A stretch of DNA of 63,976 nt, counting the filler, from Lama guanicoe (lineage: Eukaryota), in assembly GCA_013239625.1 (NCBI GenBank). It is 101 parts of 101 records of this genome, joined end to end, with 100 filler letters (N's around TTAATTAATTAA, not from the genome) between each part and the next. Parts side by side here need not be neighbours in the genome. Positions count along the whole stretch, not along the records: positions 50,443 to 51,135 come from PNXV01027018.1; positions 51,236 to 52,047 come from PNXV01027019.1; positions 52,148 to 52,651 come from PNXV01027022.1; positions 52,752 to 53,127 come from PNXV01027024.1; positions 53,228 to 53,667 come from PNXV01027027.1; positions 53,768 to 54,285 come from PNXV01027028.1; positions 54,386 to 54,850 come from PNXV01027029.1; positions 54,951 to 55,648 come from PNXV01027031.1; 93 more parts are not named here. One strand, given 5' to 3'. A model generated the notes under the pieces. That model was not told the DNA's origin. It made no database searches and worked only from the letters and a program-made list of their open reading frames with translations. Shown in pieces: positions 50,343-62,560 of this stretch. Made by a program: the position numbers and the translations under genes. Within the stretch, counting starts at the first letter, position 1. Each line of letters opens with the position of its first letter.

Positions 50343-51524
50343 NNNNNNNNNNNNNNNNNNNNNNNNNNNNNNNNNNNNNNNNNNNNTTAATTAATTAANN
50401 NNNNNNNNNNNNNNNNNNNNNNNNNNNNNNNNNNNNNNNNNNTATATTTGAGTTATACATTTTTAAAAACAAGATAAACATCTGACAATACAAGGAGCTA
50501 CCGTCTTCTAAAAATACTCCCCCTTAATGACCTATAGGTGTTCCTTTTAGCTCTTCTGCACAATCTTGCAAGACTAATGCAAGTTATAAATGATTAGATA
50601 ATTGTTGGTTTCCATGGTAGTGCCAAGCATCCTGTGAGCTGTAAAAGACAATTGGCCCACAATCTTTAGTTGTTAGTCTATTCAGTGTTTTTGATTTAAT
50701 TCCTGGGGCAGGGTGTGAATAGCTAACTAGGTGAGATTTGCCTTTAGTTTGCTTGCAACGCTTTATTTGATGCCAATTCATGAGTTATACTTGCTGCATT
50801 ATAGGATCTCATTATCATTAATTAAAAAAGCACACTAAATAGATGTTGGAATTACACATCAGGCACTGTCTGCTAGATGAGAGAGCTAATGAAGGCAGTG
50901 GCATTGCAGCTTACTGGCATGAAGGAGCCCCCAAATGCAGGCTTTGTTCCTCTTGTCTTCAATATGTAGCGTAAGTCTTATAATACTTGTTCAAACTCAG
51001 GCTAACGTCTGATTCATAGGTAAGAACAATGAACAAACTCTTAAGTGAGAGGATGTTTACTATATCCCAGCCCTCCACGAAGGACTACTGACTAATACTG
51101 TGCCTGGCACATAATAAGTGATTGGTAAGTAGTCTNNNNNNNNNNNNNNNNNNNNNNNNNNNNNNNNNNNNNNNNNNNNTTAATTAATTAANNNNNNNNN
51201 NNNNNNNNNNNNNNNNNNNNNNNNNNNNNNNNNNNTGGGAAGGGACATTTTCACAGGAATTTTTGGAGCTGGGTCAACCAGTGACCTGAACTTACATTTA
51301 AGTCCAGTGTCCCTATGTTTCTTAAAGAGGCATTTATAGAAAACCAAATAAAATACCTTACATAAGCCAGTAAAACCCATGACAACGCTATAATCATTAC
51401 CATTAAAAAAAATAACAAAGTTTGTGTGAACAGAACAAGAGTTCACCAACAGTTTAGCTCCTGATAGAAACACTCCAACTTTAACCTGTTTTAAGGATTT
51501 GTATCCTAGTGATCAAAAGCACCC

Positions 51525-51705
51525 CCTTGGAGCGCCAGACCTTGCTTCAAATCCTGCCTCCTGCACTCACTGGGTGACCTTGGATATGTAACAGAAGTCA
51601 CATTTCCACAACCAGACCTCATAGAATTATCATGGATTTAAGTTGATAATGCAGTTAGAAGTTCTTACTGTTTAGCACACAGAAAGTGCTCAATAAATCT
51701 TGGCT
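51525..51705 (+). mobile_element. MIR SINE
   Basis: ttggagcgccagaccttgcttcaaatcctgcctc..tgggtgaccttgga..ttagcacacagaaagtgctcaataaat. Confidence 0.75.
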
Positions 51706-52354
51706 GCCAAATTTTACCCATTCAACCAACAATTATGGAATGCCTACAATTTCCAGATACTAAGCTATTGGTAGTAAATAAAAAATGACTAAAAGTAGGA
51801 TGATAATATGGTTAAAATATTATTTTTAAGTTTTATTTTGTTTTTTAAATTTTTGTGAACTTGAGTATTTTTCCATTGGCCCTATTTCTGCCAGTGGCTT
51901 ATGAGCTCCTCTAAAACTGTGCGCTGCATCTGCAGTTCCCTTTGAGTCGCTAAGAGCATACAATGATTACTTTGTGGTTGACTAATTTTTCTCTGCCACA
52001 GGCCAGTACTGAAAGTTTAGGGGGTACATACTCAACCAATAAAGTAGNNNNNNNNNNNNNNNNNNNNNNNNNNNNNNNNNNNNNNNNNNNNTTAATTAAT
52101 TAANNNNNNNNNNNNNNNNNNNNNNNNNNNNNNNNNNNNNNNNNNNNGAGCTCAGCGAGACTGACTGAGGGGCTGAGGATAACAGGGCCAGTTCAAACCC
52201 CAAGCCCCAGCTAAGTATCCCTCCCAGTATGCTCCATGGTAGAGTCAGCTCTGGGAGGGTGGGCTCCAACAGCCTCCAGGACCGCAAGCCCATGATAGCC
52301 TCTGCTATCGGGTATCAGTCTAGCCACCAAAACCTCAGCGCGGCAGAGTCTAAA

Positions 52355-52600
52355 AGCAGAAACTGACAGGTATATATAGAATAGATAAACAAGAGAAGAT
52401 TATACTGTACAGCACAGGGAAATATATACAAGATCTTGGGGTAGCTCATGGTGAAAAAGTATGCGACAAGGAATATATGTATGTTCATGTATAACTGAAA
52501 ATTGTGCTCTACACTGGAAATTGACACAATGTTGTAAACTGACTGTAACTCAGTAACATAAAATTTTAACAAAAATTTAAAAAATAAAAATAAAAATATT
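52355..52600 (+). mobile_element. LINE-1 3' UTR end
   Basis: gaatagataaacaag..tatactgtacagcacagggaaatatatacaagatctt..aaattgtgctctacactggaaattgacaca and A-rich tail. Confidence 0.85.
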
Positions 52601-52751
52601 TTCAGGAGCTCAGTGTGTACATACTTACCTTGTTTGGGATTGTCTTTCTCCNNNNNNNNNNNNNNNNNNNNNNNNNNNNNNNNNNNNNNNNNNNNTTAAT
52701 TAATTAANNNNNNNNNNNNNNNNNNNNNNNNNNNNNNNNNNNNNNNNNNNN

Positions 52752-53127
52752 AAGATATTAAAAAGTGAGGATATTCAAAAGTAGCCATCAGACTTCCTCA
52801 AGAAGTTCACATTAGAGTGGAATCCTGGAGGGAGAAGAAAATTAGAAGGCAGCTGATGGTGTATATAAAGAAGTAATAGTTGATAACTTCCTGAACCTGT
52901 GTAAGGAACTGATATTCAAGTCCGTGAGACAACAAAACATGAATAACATTAAGACAAAGGGACCTCCTTCAAGATAAATCATATGCAAAATGGCAAGTCA
53001 ATGACAGAGAAAATATTGTAAAGGCAGCCAAAAAATTTATGAAAATCTACAAAGTATCCCCCATTAAGCTATGAGAATATTTCTGAGCAGAAAACATAGG
53101 CCAAGGGTAAATAAAATTACATTTTCA
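52752..53127 (+). mobile_element. LINE-1 ORF1 C-terminal fragment (decayed)
   Basis: ataacttcctgaacctg..gatattcaagtcc..aaggcagccaaa..cccattaagctatgagaatatttctgagcagaaa. Confidence 0.65.
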
Positions 53128-54950
53128 NNNNNNNNNNNNNNNNNNNNNNNNNNNNNNNNNNNNNNNNNNNNTTAATTAATTAANNNNNNNNNNNNNNNNN
53201 NNNNNNNNNNNNNNNNNNNNNNNNNNNAGATGAACACACAGCAGAGGCTGAATCTGCTAAGCTGGAGAAGATAGCCGCATGTACCCGGGCTCCCCAGGGA
53301 AGTGGTGGATCCTGGCAGTTCACAGTGATCAAAGTTAGCACTGTTAGTGTAGCTGGGTCAGGGAAAGGACGGCTTCTAGAAAGAAACCAAAAAAAAAGGT
53401 TATCCTTTAAATTTCATGTATATTGAAATAGATCTTTCTATTTTTGTTCTATCTCTGTATTATTACATCAAGCATAGTGCCCTGCGCTACCTGGCTGGGG
53501 ATCAATAAATGCAGAGTCGAGTAAGTTATTTAAATTTCTATTTGCCTATATAATTTTCACCTTCAAAGTACAGGATACACAGAGTAAAACTAAAATGAAT
53601 TTCCAACTTTTTTTGTACGACAAATTTTTTTCGAGTGACAATTCAATGAATTTTGGGTCAAACTTTCNNNNNNNNNNNNNNNNNNNNNNNNNNNNNNNNN
53701 NNNNNNNNNNNTTAATTAATTAANNNNNNNNNNNNNNNNNNNNNNNNNNNNNNNNNNNNNNNNNNNNCCTGGATCTGCCCACACCGCTTAGAATACTAAC
53801 TTCACCTGATTTCTGCTCTTTCTGATCACTCTCTTTCTTCTCCTTCTTCATCAGCATCTCTTCTTTTGGTTACTTTTGCTGGAAAAGCAGGGTTGGTCGG
53901 CACTACTTCTGACTGGGTATCTGCTGAGAGGGAACAGTTGCTGTCTGCAATCTGGGGACACCATGTTGGCATTAACATGGTCTTCCCAATGTACCATTGT
54001 CTGTGAAGTCCCCTACAAGGGGGTTCAGTAAATTCCAGGTCCCTTACATGCCACAGAATTTTGTGGAGATACCTGAATATGTGTGTGTGTGTTTGTGCAC
54101 GCGCGTGCACACGCGTGGAGGGTGTGTGTGTGAGTGTGTGTGTATATTAGTGGAACTGCGCAGTTCTTATAAATTCTTCAATAGAGGTATGGAACATTCT
54201 ATTTTGAACACATCTATAACTTATGGCTCTAAAAATATGTTTAAATAAATTATTTCTGTTTGATAGAGTAATTAAAAGAAACCTTNNNNNNNNNNNNNNN
54301 NNNNNNNNNNNNNNNNNNNNNNNNNNNNNTTAATTAATTAANNNNNNNNNNNNNNNNNNNNNNNNNNNNNNNNNNNNNNNNNNNNAGAGAGGTGATGAAT
54401 GCACTTGGAGTTGGGACCCAGGGACAGGGGAGGACTGACAAAGCCCCAGGTTCTGGTTTGAGAAGTGGGGAGATGAAGCTGCAGCATGGACAGGGGAATA
54501 GGTGGGAAGATAGTTTGAGAAGACAGCTTGGGGCCAACTGAACCTTAGACATTTAGGAGATTAGATCATACCTGATACACTTTCCTCATGAAATCAGTGG
54601 GAGAAACTGATAACCAGGGATTTCCACTGAGACTGAGGGTCTTCTTACTACAATGGATAAAAAACCTGTTGTTCCTGTGGAAGGTGACTGTTTATACTGG
54701 GGTTGTAACTTGGGGAGAGGCATGTGAGGACAGGAACATAGAGGCAGCACCAAATGACACTGTCAGATCTCTCTAGTGACAGCAACCCTTCAACTGCCCA
54801 CCTGTCCCTGGACCAGTGTGTGTCCAGCCAGAGAAGACCCTGCCAGGCTGNNNNNNNNNNNNNNNNNNNNNNNNNNNNNNNNNNNNNNNNNNNNTTAATT
54901 AATTAANNNNNNNNNNNNNNNNNNNNNNNNNNNNNNNNNNNNNNNNNNNN

Positions 54951-55648
54951 ATATGGAAAACAGAATACAGAACCCAGAATTAAGAACATGTATCGCAGAT
55001 ACATAATTTAGAATATAGAATAGAGAATACTGAAAATACAGTTTAGACCATGGAATGCAGAACACAAAATTTAGAATATAGAATACAGAATATAGAATAT
55101 AGAACACAGAATATAGAATATAGAACACAGAATATAGAATATAGAACACAGAATATAGAATATGGAAAACAGAATACAGAACCCAGAATTAAGAACATGT
55201 ATCGCAGATACATAATTTAGAATATAGAATACAGAAAACAGGATATAGAATTTAGAATATATAATGTATAACACAGAATATAGAATATAGAATACGGAAT
55301 GCAGAACACAAAATATAGATTATATAAAATGAACATAGAACGTAGAATATAGTAATGGAATGCAGAACACAGAATTAAGAATATAGAATACAGAAAACAG
55401 GATATAGAATTTAGAATATAGAATACGGAATGCAGATTACAGAATGTAGAATATAGAATGAAGAACACAAATTATAGAATATATAAAAGAGAATATAGAA
55501 CCTAAACTTTAGTACTGAAATACAGAACAGGAATTTAGAATATAGAATAGAGAATACTCAATATAGAATTTAGAATTTAGAATGTAGTACACAGAATATA
55601 GAATATAGAATATAGAATACGGAAAGCAAAATATAAAATACAGAATAT
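54951..55648 (-). repeat. Satellite A
   Basis: Heptamer periodicity, internal 21-bp repeats. Confidence 0.92.
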
Positions 55649-55748
55649 NNNNNNNNNNNNNNNNNNNNNNNNNNNNNNNNNNNNNNNNNNNNTTAATTAA
55701 TTAANNNNNNNNNNNNNNNNNNNNNNNNNNNNNNNNNNNNNNNNNNNN

Positions 55749-56215
55749 GCTCTCTTCAGTCACAGGTGTTCCCTGTTATGGGGAATTCTGAGAAATATAT
55801 TCCCTGACCTTGGGGGGGCAGCCTCTGTCCCTGGGATTTCCTGCATACCCCCCTAGCATTCCCTAGCACACAGACATTAGGAAAAAACCAGGGGAGATGA
55901 GCTTAGGCATTCCGTTAGAACCCACGCACTGCCGACCGTTGGTGGAACCTCCCCACGCTCAGGATTCCGAAACCATTGTCAGTGCGTGGGGGAGCTCGAG
56001 AGACTACTCCACGCAGCTCTCTTCAGTCACAGGTGTTCCCTGTTATGGGGAATTCTGAGAAATATATTCCCTGACCTTGGGGGGGCAGCCTCTGTCACTG
56101 GGATTGCCTGCAAACCCCCCTAGCATTCCCTGGTTCAGAGACATTAGGAAAAACCCATATTGGACTAGCTTAGGCATTCCGCTAGAACCCACGCGCTGCC
56201 GACCATTGGTGGAAC
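55749..56215 (+). repeat. Satellite B
   Basis: About 1.7 monomers. Confidence 0.95.
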
Positions 56216-56315
56216 NNNNNNNNNNNNNNNNNNNNNNNNNNNNNNNNNNNNNNNNNNNNTTAATTAATTAANNNNNNNNNNNNNNNNNNNNNNNNNNNNN
56301 NNNNNNNNNNNNNNN

Positions 56316-56761
56316 CTGGTTCTGCACCTTCTATAAAAGGATGTTACCTATAGCCTGAGATATACAGGATAGCCCCTTCTCTCTTGAAGACTCTGATCTT
56401 TGAGAGTATAACACTTTTCATTCATATAGAGATAGAAAGTTGTAGAACAGAGAATAACATTTGTCTTGCTGGAGGTTTACAGGAACATCATGACCTGACC
56501 TACATGGATAGAGGTAACAACAAAGGATTCCAACACCAAGAAGTTTGCAATAACCAACCACACCCCCACCTCATTTTTTTTTTTTAGTATAAAAGGAGTC
56601 TGAGTTCTGACTTGAGTAAGATGGTTCTCCAGGACACTAGTCCACCATCTTTTCAGTCTGCTGGATTTCCAAATAAAGCCATTATTCCTTGCCCCAGAAC
56701 CTTGTCTCCCAGTTTACTGGCCTGTCGTGCAGTGAGCTGAGTGAGTTTGGGCTTGGTAATA
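56316..56761 (+). mobile_element. ERV LTR, 3' portion (U3-R-U5)
   Basis: TATAAAA at 56588, AATAAA at 56672, ends ggtaata (degenerate ..CA); homologous to 2764-3122 and 63287-63593. Confidence 0.78.
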
Positions 56762-57055
56762 TCAGTACACTCTTAAGAGCATGGAGAGTATCCCCCAGGG
56801 AATTTTAATACTGAGGCAAGGATTTTTAGTAAGATATTTTATTCATTAGCTTTCATGTCTCACTAATCAATTCTTACTCTTGAAAACTCCAAGTTTGTGA
56901 ATATGTCAAAATATTTAGTGAATTTCCACAATAGTTATCATAGCAGCAAAACCCANNNNNNNNNNNNNNNNNNNNNNNNNNNNNNNNNNNNNNNNNNNNT
57001 TAATTAATTAANNNNNNNNNNNNNNNNNNNNNNNNNNNNNNNNNNNNNNNNNNNN

Positions 57056-57260
57056 TTATTATAATCCCTTTTTATCTCATCATATTACTGATTTTTCTGA
57101 TTGCCCTAAGTAGTTTCTACTTGATAAAGCACCTAATTCTGCAGGTGAATTCAGTAATTTCCATTGGGCATATCTAGCCAACCTGGGCTCGCTAACTTTT
57201 ATTAGTCAAATCCGATAAACTTAATTGATTTCCTTGTTTATCAATTTCAGCCGGGAGGAG
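57056..57260 (-). repeat. Unidentified repeat family E
   Basis: Reverse complement aligns colinearly with 18638-18841. Confidence 0.8.
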
Positions 57261-57360
57261 NNNNNNNNNNNNNNNNNNNNNNNNNNNNNNNNNNNNNNNN
57301 NNNNTTAATTAATTAANNNNNNNNNNNNNNNNNNNNNNNNNNNNNNNNNNNNNNNNNNNN

Positions 57361-57582
57361 CCTCCTCCTCCACCTCCTCCTCCACCTCCTCCTCCTCCAC
57401 CTCCTCCAAATCCTCCTCCACATTCTCCTCCTCCACATTCTTCTCCTCCACCTCCACCTCCTCCTCCTCCACCACAATCTCCTCCTCCACATCCTCCTCC
57501 TCCACATCCTCCTCCTCCACATCCTCTTCCTCCACCTCCTCCTGCTCCTCCACTCCCTCCACCTCCACCTACTCCTCCACCA
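57361..57582. repeat. (CCT/CCA)n low-complexity triplet tract
   Basis: Almost entirely cct/cca triplets. Confidence 0.9.
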
Positions 57583-57682
57583 NNNNNNNNNNNNNNNNNN
57601 NNNNNNNNNNNNNNNNNNNNNNNNNNTTAATTAATTAANNNNNNNNNNNNNNNNNNNNNNNNNNNNNNNNNNNNNNNNNNNN

Positions 57683-58385
57683 ATATTCTGTGTCCTATAT
57701 TCTGTATTCTATATTCTAGATTTTGTGTTCTTAATTAGATATTCTAAATTCTATATTCTGCATTCGGTATTCTATTTTCTAAACTCTGTGTCGACATTCA
57801 AAAATCTGAATTCTGTTTTAAGCATTCCATTTTCTAAATACTTGGTTCAATATTCTTTATTCTATATTCTAAATTCTGTGTTCTAGATTGTATAATCTAA
57901 ATTGTATATTTAGTATTCTGTATTATATATTCTAATTTCTGTGTTCTGCATTCTATGTTCTAAATTCTGGGTTCTATATTTTGTAATCTATATTCAATAT
58001 TCTGTGTTCTTCTTTCTATCTTCTAAATTCTATATTCTGCATTCCGTAATCTATATTCTGCATTCTGTGTTCTACATTCTATATTCTAAATTCTATATTC
58101 AGTATTCTGTATTCTATATTCTAAATTCTGTGTTCTGCATTCCATGTTATAATTTCTGTGTTCTATATTCTATATTCTATATTCTGTGCTCTACATTCTA
58201 TATTCTAATTTCTATATTCAGTATTCTGTATTCTATATTCTAAATTCTGTGTTCTGCATTCCATGTTATAATTTCTGTGTTCTATAATCTAAGTTCTATA
58301 TTCTGTGCTCTACTTTCTATATTCTAAATTCTATACTCAGTATTCTGTATTCTATATTTTAAAATATGTGTTCTACATTCCATGT
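57683..58385 (+). repeat. Satellite A
   Basis: Heptamer periodicity. Confidence 0.92.
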
Positions 58386-58485
58386 NNNNNNNNNNNNNNN
58401 NNNNNNNNNNNNNNNNNNNNNNNNNNNNNTTAATTAATTAANNNNNNNNNNNNNNNNNNNNNNNNNNNNNNNNNNNNNNNNNNNN

Positions 58486-58790
58486 AGAAAGAAAGAGAAA
58501 GAAAAAAGAAAGACAAAAAAGAAAGAAAGAAAGACAAAAAGAAAGAAAGAGAGAGAGAAAGAGAGAGAGAAAGAGAGAAAGAGAGAAAAAGAAAGAAAGA
58601 AAGAAAGAAAGAAAGGAAGGAAGGCAGGAAGGAAGGAAGGAAGGAAGGAAGAAAGAAAGAAAGAAAGAAAGAAAGGGAGGAAGGAAGGAAGAAAAGGAAG
58701 GAAGGAAGGAAAGGAAGGAAGGAAGGAAAAGGGAGAGAGGAGGGAGGGAGAAAGAAAGAAGAAGGGAAAAGAAGGGAAGGAAATAATGGA
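58486..58790. repeat. (GAAA)n/(GGAA)n polypurine microsatellite
   Basis: Compound tetranucleotide run. Confidence 0.92.
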
Positions 58791-58794
58791 AAGG

Positions 58795-58992
58795 TGGATC
58801 TTGAAATCAGGCTGCCTGCATTCCAATATGACTCTACCACTTAACCAGAATCTGTGGCATCTGTAGCAAATAACAGTCTTTCTGAGTGTTTGTAAACATG
58901 AGGAAAATAATAAAAAATACCTCTGAAGTTTATTTAATTTTATGTGAGGTAAACCCTAGGAAGCATTCACCATAGTGTCTGATTGGTGCTAA
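58795..58992 (+). mobile_element. MIR SINE (diverged)
   Basis: ttgaaatcaggctgcctg..ctctaccacttaacca..tctttctgag..tgtaaacatgaggaaaataata..catagtgtctg. Confidence 0.6.
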
Positions 58993-60064
58993 NNNNNNNN
59001 NNNNNNNNNNNNNNNNNNNNNNNNNNNNNNNNNNNNTTAATTAATTAANNNNNNNNNNNNNNNNNNNNNNNNNNNNNNNNNNNNNNNNNNNNAGATCTGC
59101 CTGTCATCAGCTTACTGGTCAGGCTCCGAGGTACTATCAGAATTGCCGAGTCCTGTTGAAGTCAACTTTAGGGGAGACACGAAGAGAAGCTGGCCGAAAA
59201 GCTGGCTGCACGGATTGAGGAGAGATGCGAACACATTGATGAGAGATGTTGTGCTACAGTGGAGAATACTGGCCTGGAGACAGCTGTAGAGGATACCAGG
59301 CTCGAAAGACATTCATGAGACATATTGAACCTCGCTGATACTGGCAGAAACATACGGAGTGCCAACGTGGACTTGAGGAAGTTCTTCAATTCTCTTCTCC
59401 AAGAACGGGTCCAAGGTCCCTGACGTCTGCAAGAGAAGAGATGGCAGAGATGATCAAAACGCTCATGTTCTTGGAAGAGGTCGTGAGAATCCACACGTCC
59501 CAAGGGTCATTTCCAAGCCCTTGAGACCAAAATGCACCAAGCCCATGTAAGCATTTTCCCAGGTTGGGGCCTAGCTATCAAGCACTTGCCCTTCCCTCCC
59601 CTCTACTCAGGCATCCATTAGAAGGATCAGAACCTGAGCTACAATGAAGCCAGTACGGGAATGGCAAGCCCTCCTAGAACCAGAGTTCAACCAGCTTCAC
59701 ATTCTGTGAACAACAGTNNNNNNNNNNNNNNNNNNNNNNNNNNNNNNNNNNNNNNNNNNNNTTAATTAATTAANNNNNNNNNNNNNNNNNNNNNNNNNNN
59801 NNNNNNNNNNNNNNNNNGACTGCCACCTATCCTTGATCCAGATACCAATAACATCCTAGCATGGAAATTTTAATCCCTTAGGAGCAGTAGTCTGCCATGT
59901 GTTGGGGACCAGGTGCAAGCGAAGGGGATATTGCCTTCCTGGACCCCACTAAGTCTTGCAGTTGGTAGCAGGGAACCAGAGGCTGGTGGGCCATGAAATT
60001 CCTGTGTATAGAATCATGGAGCTGGCCCTGGATGCCTCTAAGTTTCTTCTTTTTTTTTTCCTGG

Positions 60065-60215
60065 TGAGGGATGGGGGAGAAATTAATTTGGTTGGTTGGT
60101 TGGTGGGTTTGCTTGTTTGTTTATTTATTTATTTATTATTTAACAGAGGTTCTGAGGATTGACCCCAGGACCTCATGCATGCTTACCACACACTCTACAC
60201 TGAGGTATACCCTCC
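60065..60215 (-). mobile_element. tRNA-Ala-derived SINE
   Basis: (ttta)n..gaggttctgaggattgaccccaggacctcatgcatgcttaccacacactctacactgaggtataccctccc. Confidence 0.83.
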
Positions 60216-60368
60216 CTTGCTGTTTCTTTGCTTACCCTATGAATATCCCCTTGCTGGAGGCAATGTGANNNNNNNNNNNNNNNNNNNNNNNNNNNNNNNN
60301 NNNNNNNNNNNNTTAATTAATTAANNNNNNNNNNNNNNNNNNNNNNNNNNNNNNNNNNNNNNNNNNNN

Positions 60369-60817
60369 TCTCACTGTGGTTATGATTTGCATTTCCCTGA
60401 TGGTTAGTGCTGTTGAGCATCTTCTCATGTACATGTTGTTTACTTGTACATATTCTTTGGCAAAATGTCTGTTCAGATCCTCTGCCCATTTTAAATTCAA
60501 TTTTGGGGGGGTTTGATGTTGTTGTTATTGGGTTGTAGGAGTTCTTCATATATTTTGGATGCTAATGCCTTATCAGACACATGATTTGCAATTATTTTCT
60601 CTCATTCCGTAGGTTGCTTTTCCATACTGTTTTGATTAGTAGAGCTTTATAGTATATTTGAAATCAAGTCTCATGATCCTCCAGCTTTGTTCTTCTTTGT
60701 GAAGACTGCTTTGGTTATTTGAGGTCTTTCATAGCTCCACAGATAGTTTAGAATTTTTGTTCTATTTTTGTGAAAAATGCCATTGGGATTTTGATCAAGT
60801 TTGCATCAAATATGTAG
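60369..60817 (-). mobile_element. LINE-1 ORF2 fragments
   Basis: gatttgcatttccctgatg..gttgagcatcttctcatg..aaatgtctgttcagatcctctgcccatt..cctccagctttgttcttctt. Confidence 0.88.
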
Positions 60818-60917
60818 NNNNNNNNNNNNNNNNNNNNNNNNNNNNNNNNNNNNNNNNNNNNTTAATTAATTAANNNNNNNNNNNNNNNNNNNNNNNNNNN
60901 NNNNNNNNNNNNNNNNN

Positions 60918-61075
60918 CAACTATATTCAATACCTTGTAATAACAGAATGGAAAAGAATATGGAAGAGAGTATGTATGTATGTATGTGTATGACTGAATC
61001 ACCACGCTGCACACCAGAAAGTAACACAACATGGTAAATCAGCTAGACTTCAATTTTTAAAAAATAGTTTAAAAA
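60918..61075 (+). mobile_element. LINE-1 3' UTR end
   Basis: aactatattcaataccttgtaataac..tgactgaatcac..acaccagaaagtaacacaacat. Confidence 0.8.
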
Positions 61076-61472
61076 ATGGTAAGCTGAAGGCCTGAGTGCC
61101 ACGCCCACGTGAGAGAGTGCTGTGATGTCCCTGGTTGTTTGATTGTGGAAAACACGTAAGTGTTGGGGCTGTCAGAACACGCTGCCACAAAACACACCAT
61201 GTTGGCATTGGGGTTATTTTGAGTGGAAGGTAACTGAGACCTGGCAATCACAAGAGGAAGCCTCTGCTCCCTCTTGGAGCCCGCCTCGTGGAGGTGTCCC
61301 CTCCACTCTCCCATACCTGGGGAAAGAGTAACCCTCACCAGCAAAGATGGAGATGGCACTGAGACGCATCCANNNNNNNNNNNNNNNNNNNNNNNNNNNN
61401 NNNNNNNNNNNNNNNNTTAATTAATTAANNNNNNNNNNNNNNNNNNNNNNNNNNNNNNNNNNNNNNNNNNNN

Positions 61473-62329
61473 CATATATATATATATGTATTGGAATTTG
61501 GAACTGAAAAGAAACTTTGTGCTCCTTTCAATCTAGGTGAAGGACATCATTCACACACACTTATCTCTCAGAACTGAGCATGAAGAGAAACGTTCATTCA
61601 TCCAGCACAAAGAGAACGGGTTGCAGGGGAAACACGTACTCTGGTTTCTCAGTCTGATTCCTAGTGCAGGTTTGAGGTTCCTGCAGTTTCCAGTGAAAAA
61701 CCGATTTGGAAATTGTACCTCCCCATATATATGTATGTATTGGGGTTTGCAACTTAAAAGAAATTTTGTGTTTTCTTCAAGCTAGTTGAAGGAGGGCTTT
61801 CACACACACTTATGTCTCAGAAAAAAGCATGTGGAGAGACGTTCGTTTATCCAGCACAAAGGGAAAGTTTTGCAGGAGAAACACTTAATCTGGTTTCTCA
61901 GTCTGTTTCTTAGTGCCGGTTTGAAGTTCCTGTTGTTTTGGCTGTAAAAACGAGTAGAAGTTGAACCACCCCATATATATGTATGTATTGGAATTTGCAA
62001 CTTAAAAGAAACTTTGTCTTCCCTTCAAGCTAGGTGGAGGAGGGCTTTTACACACACTTATCTCTCAGAACTGAGCATGTGGAGAAACGGTCGTTCATCC
62101 AACACAAAGGGAAAGTTTTGCAGGAGAAACACTTACTCTGGTTTCTCAGAATGTTTCCAAGTGCCAATTTGAAGTTCTTGCAGTTTTCACAGAACAACCG
62201 AGTTGGAGCGTTTACCTCCCCACATATATATATATGTATTGGAATTTGGAACTGTATAGAAACTTTGTGTTCCCTTCAATCTAGGTGAAGAATGGCTTTC
62301 ACACACACTTATCTCTCAGAACTGAGCAT
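61473..62329 (+). repeat. Satellite C, about 3.4 monomers (248-251 bp)
   Basis: gcat marker at 61578, 61827, 62075, 62326. Confidence 0.95.
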
Positions 62330-62429
62330 NNNNNNNNNNNNNNNNNNNNNNNNNNNNNNNNNNNNNNNNNNNNTTAATTAATTAANNNNNNNNNNNNNNN
62401 NNNNNNNNNNNNNNNNNNNNNNNNNNNNN

Positions 62430-62560
62430 TGTTTTTGTGTGTCTGTATGTGAGTGTGTGTGTCCGTGTGTCTGTATGTGAGTGTGTGTCTATGTGTGTTT
62501 GTGTATTTGTGTGTCTGTGTGTTTGTGTGTCTGTGTGTGTGGGTGAGTGGGTGGGTGTCT
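62430..62560. repeat. (TG)n-rich low-complexity tract
   Basis: Degenerate TG repeats. Confidence 0.85.

Noticed and set aside
53805..54015. Possible minus-strand exon with acidic tail
   Set aside because: Stops in the candidate frames, weak donor and no recognisable homology
60..58243. Many F/Y/I/L/S-rich ORFs that look like membrane proteins
   Set aside because: They are translations of the heptamer satellite A strand, which is poor in stop codons
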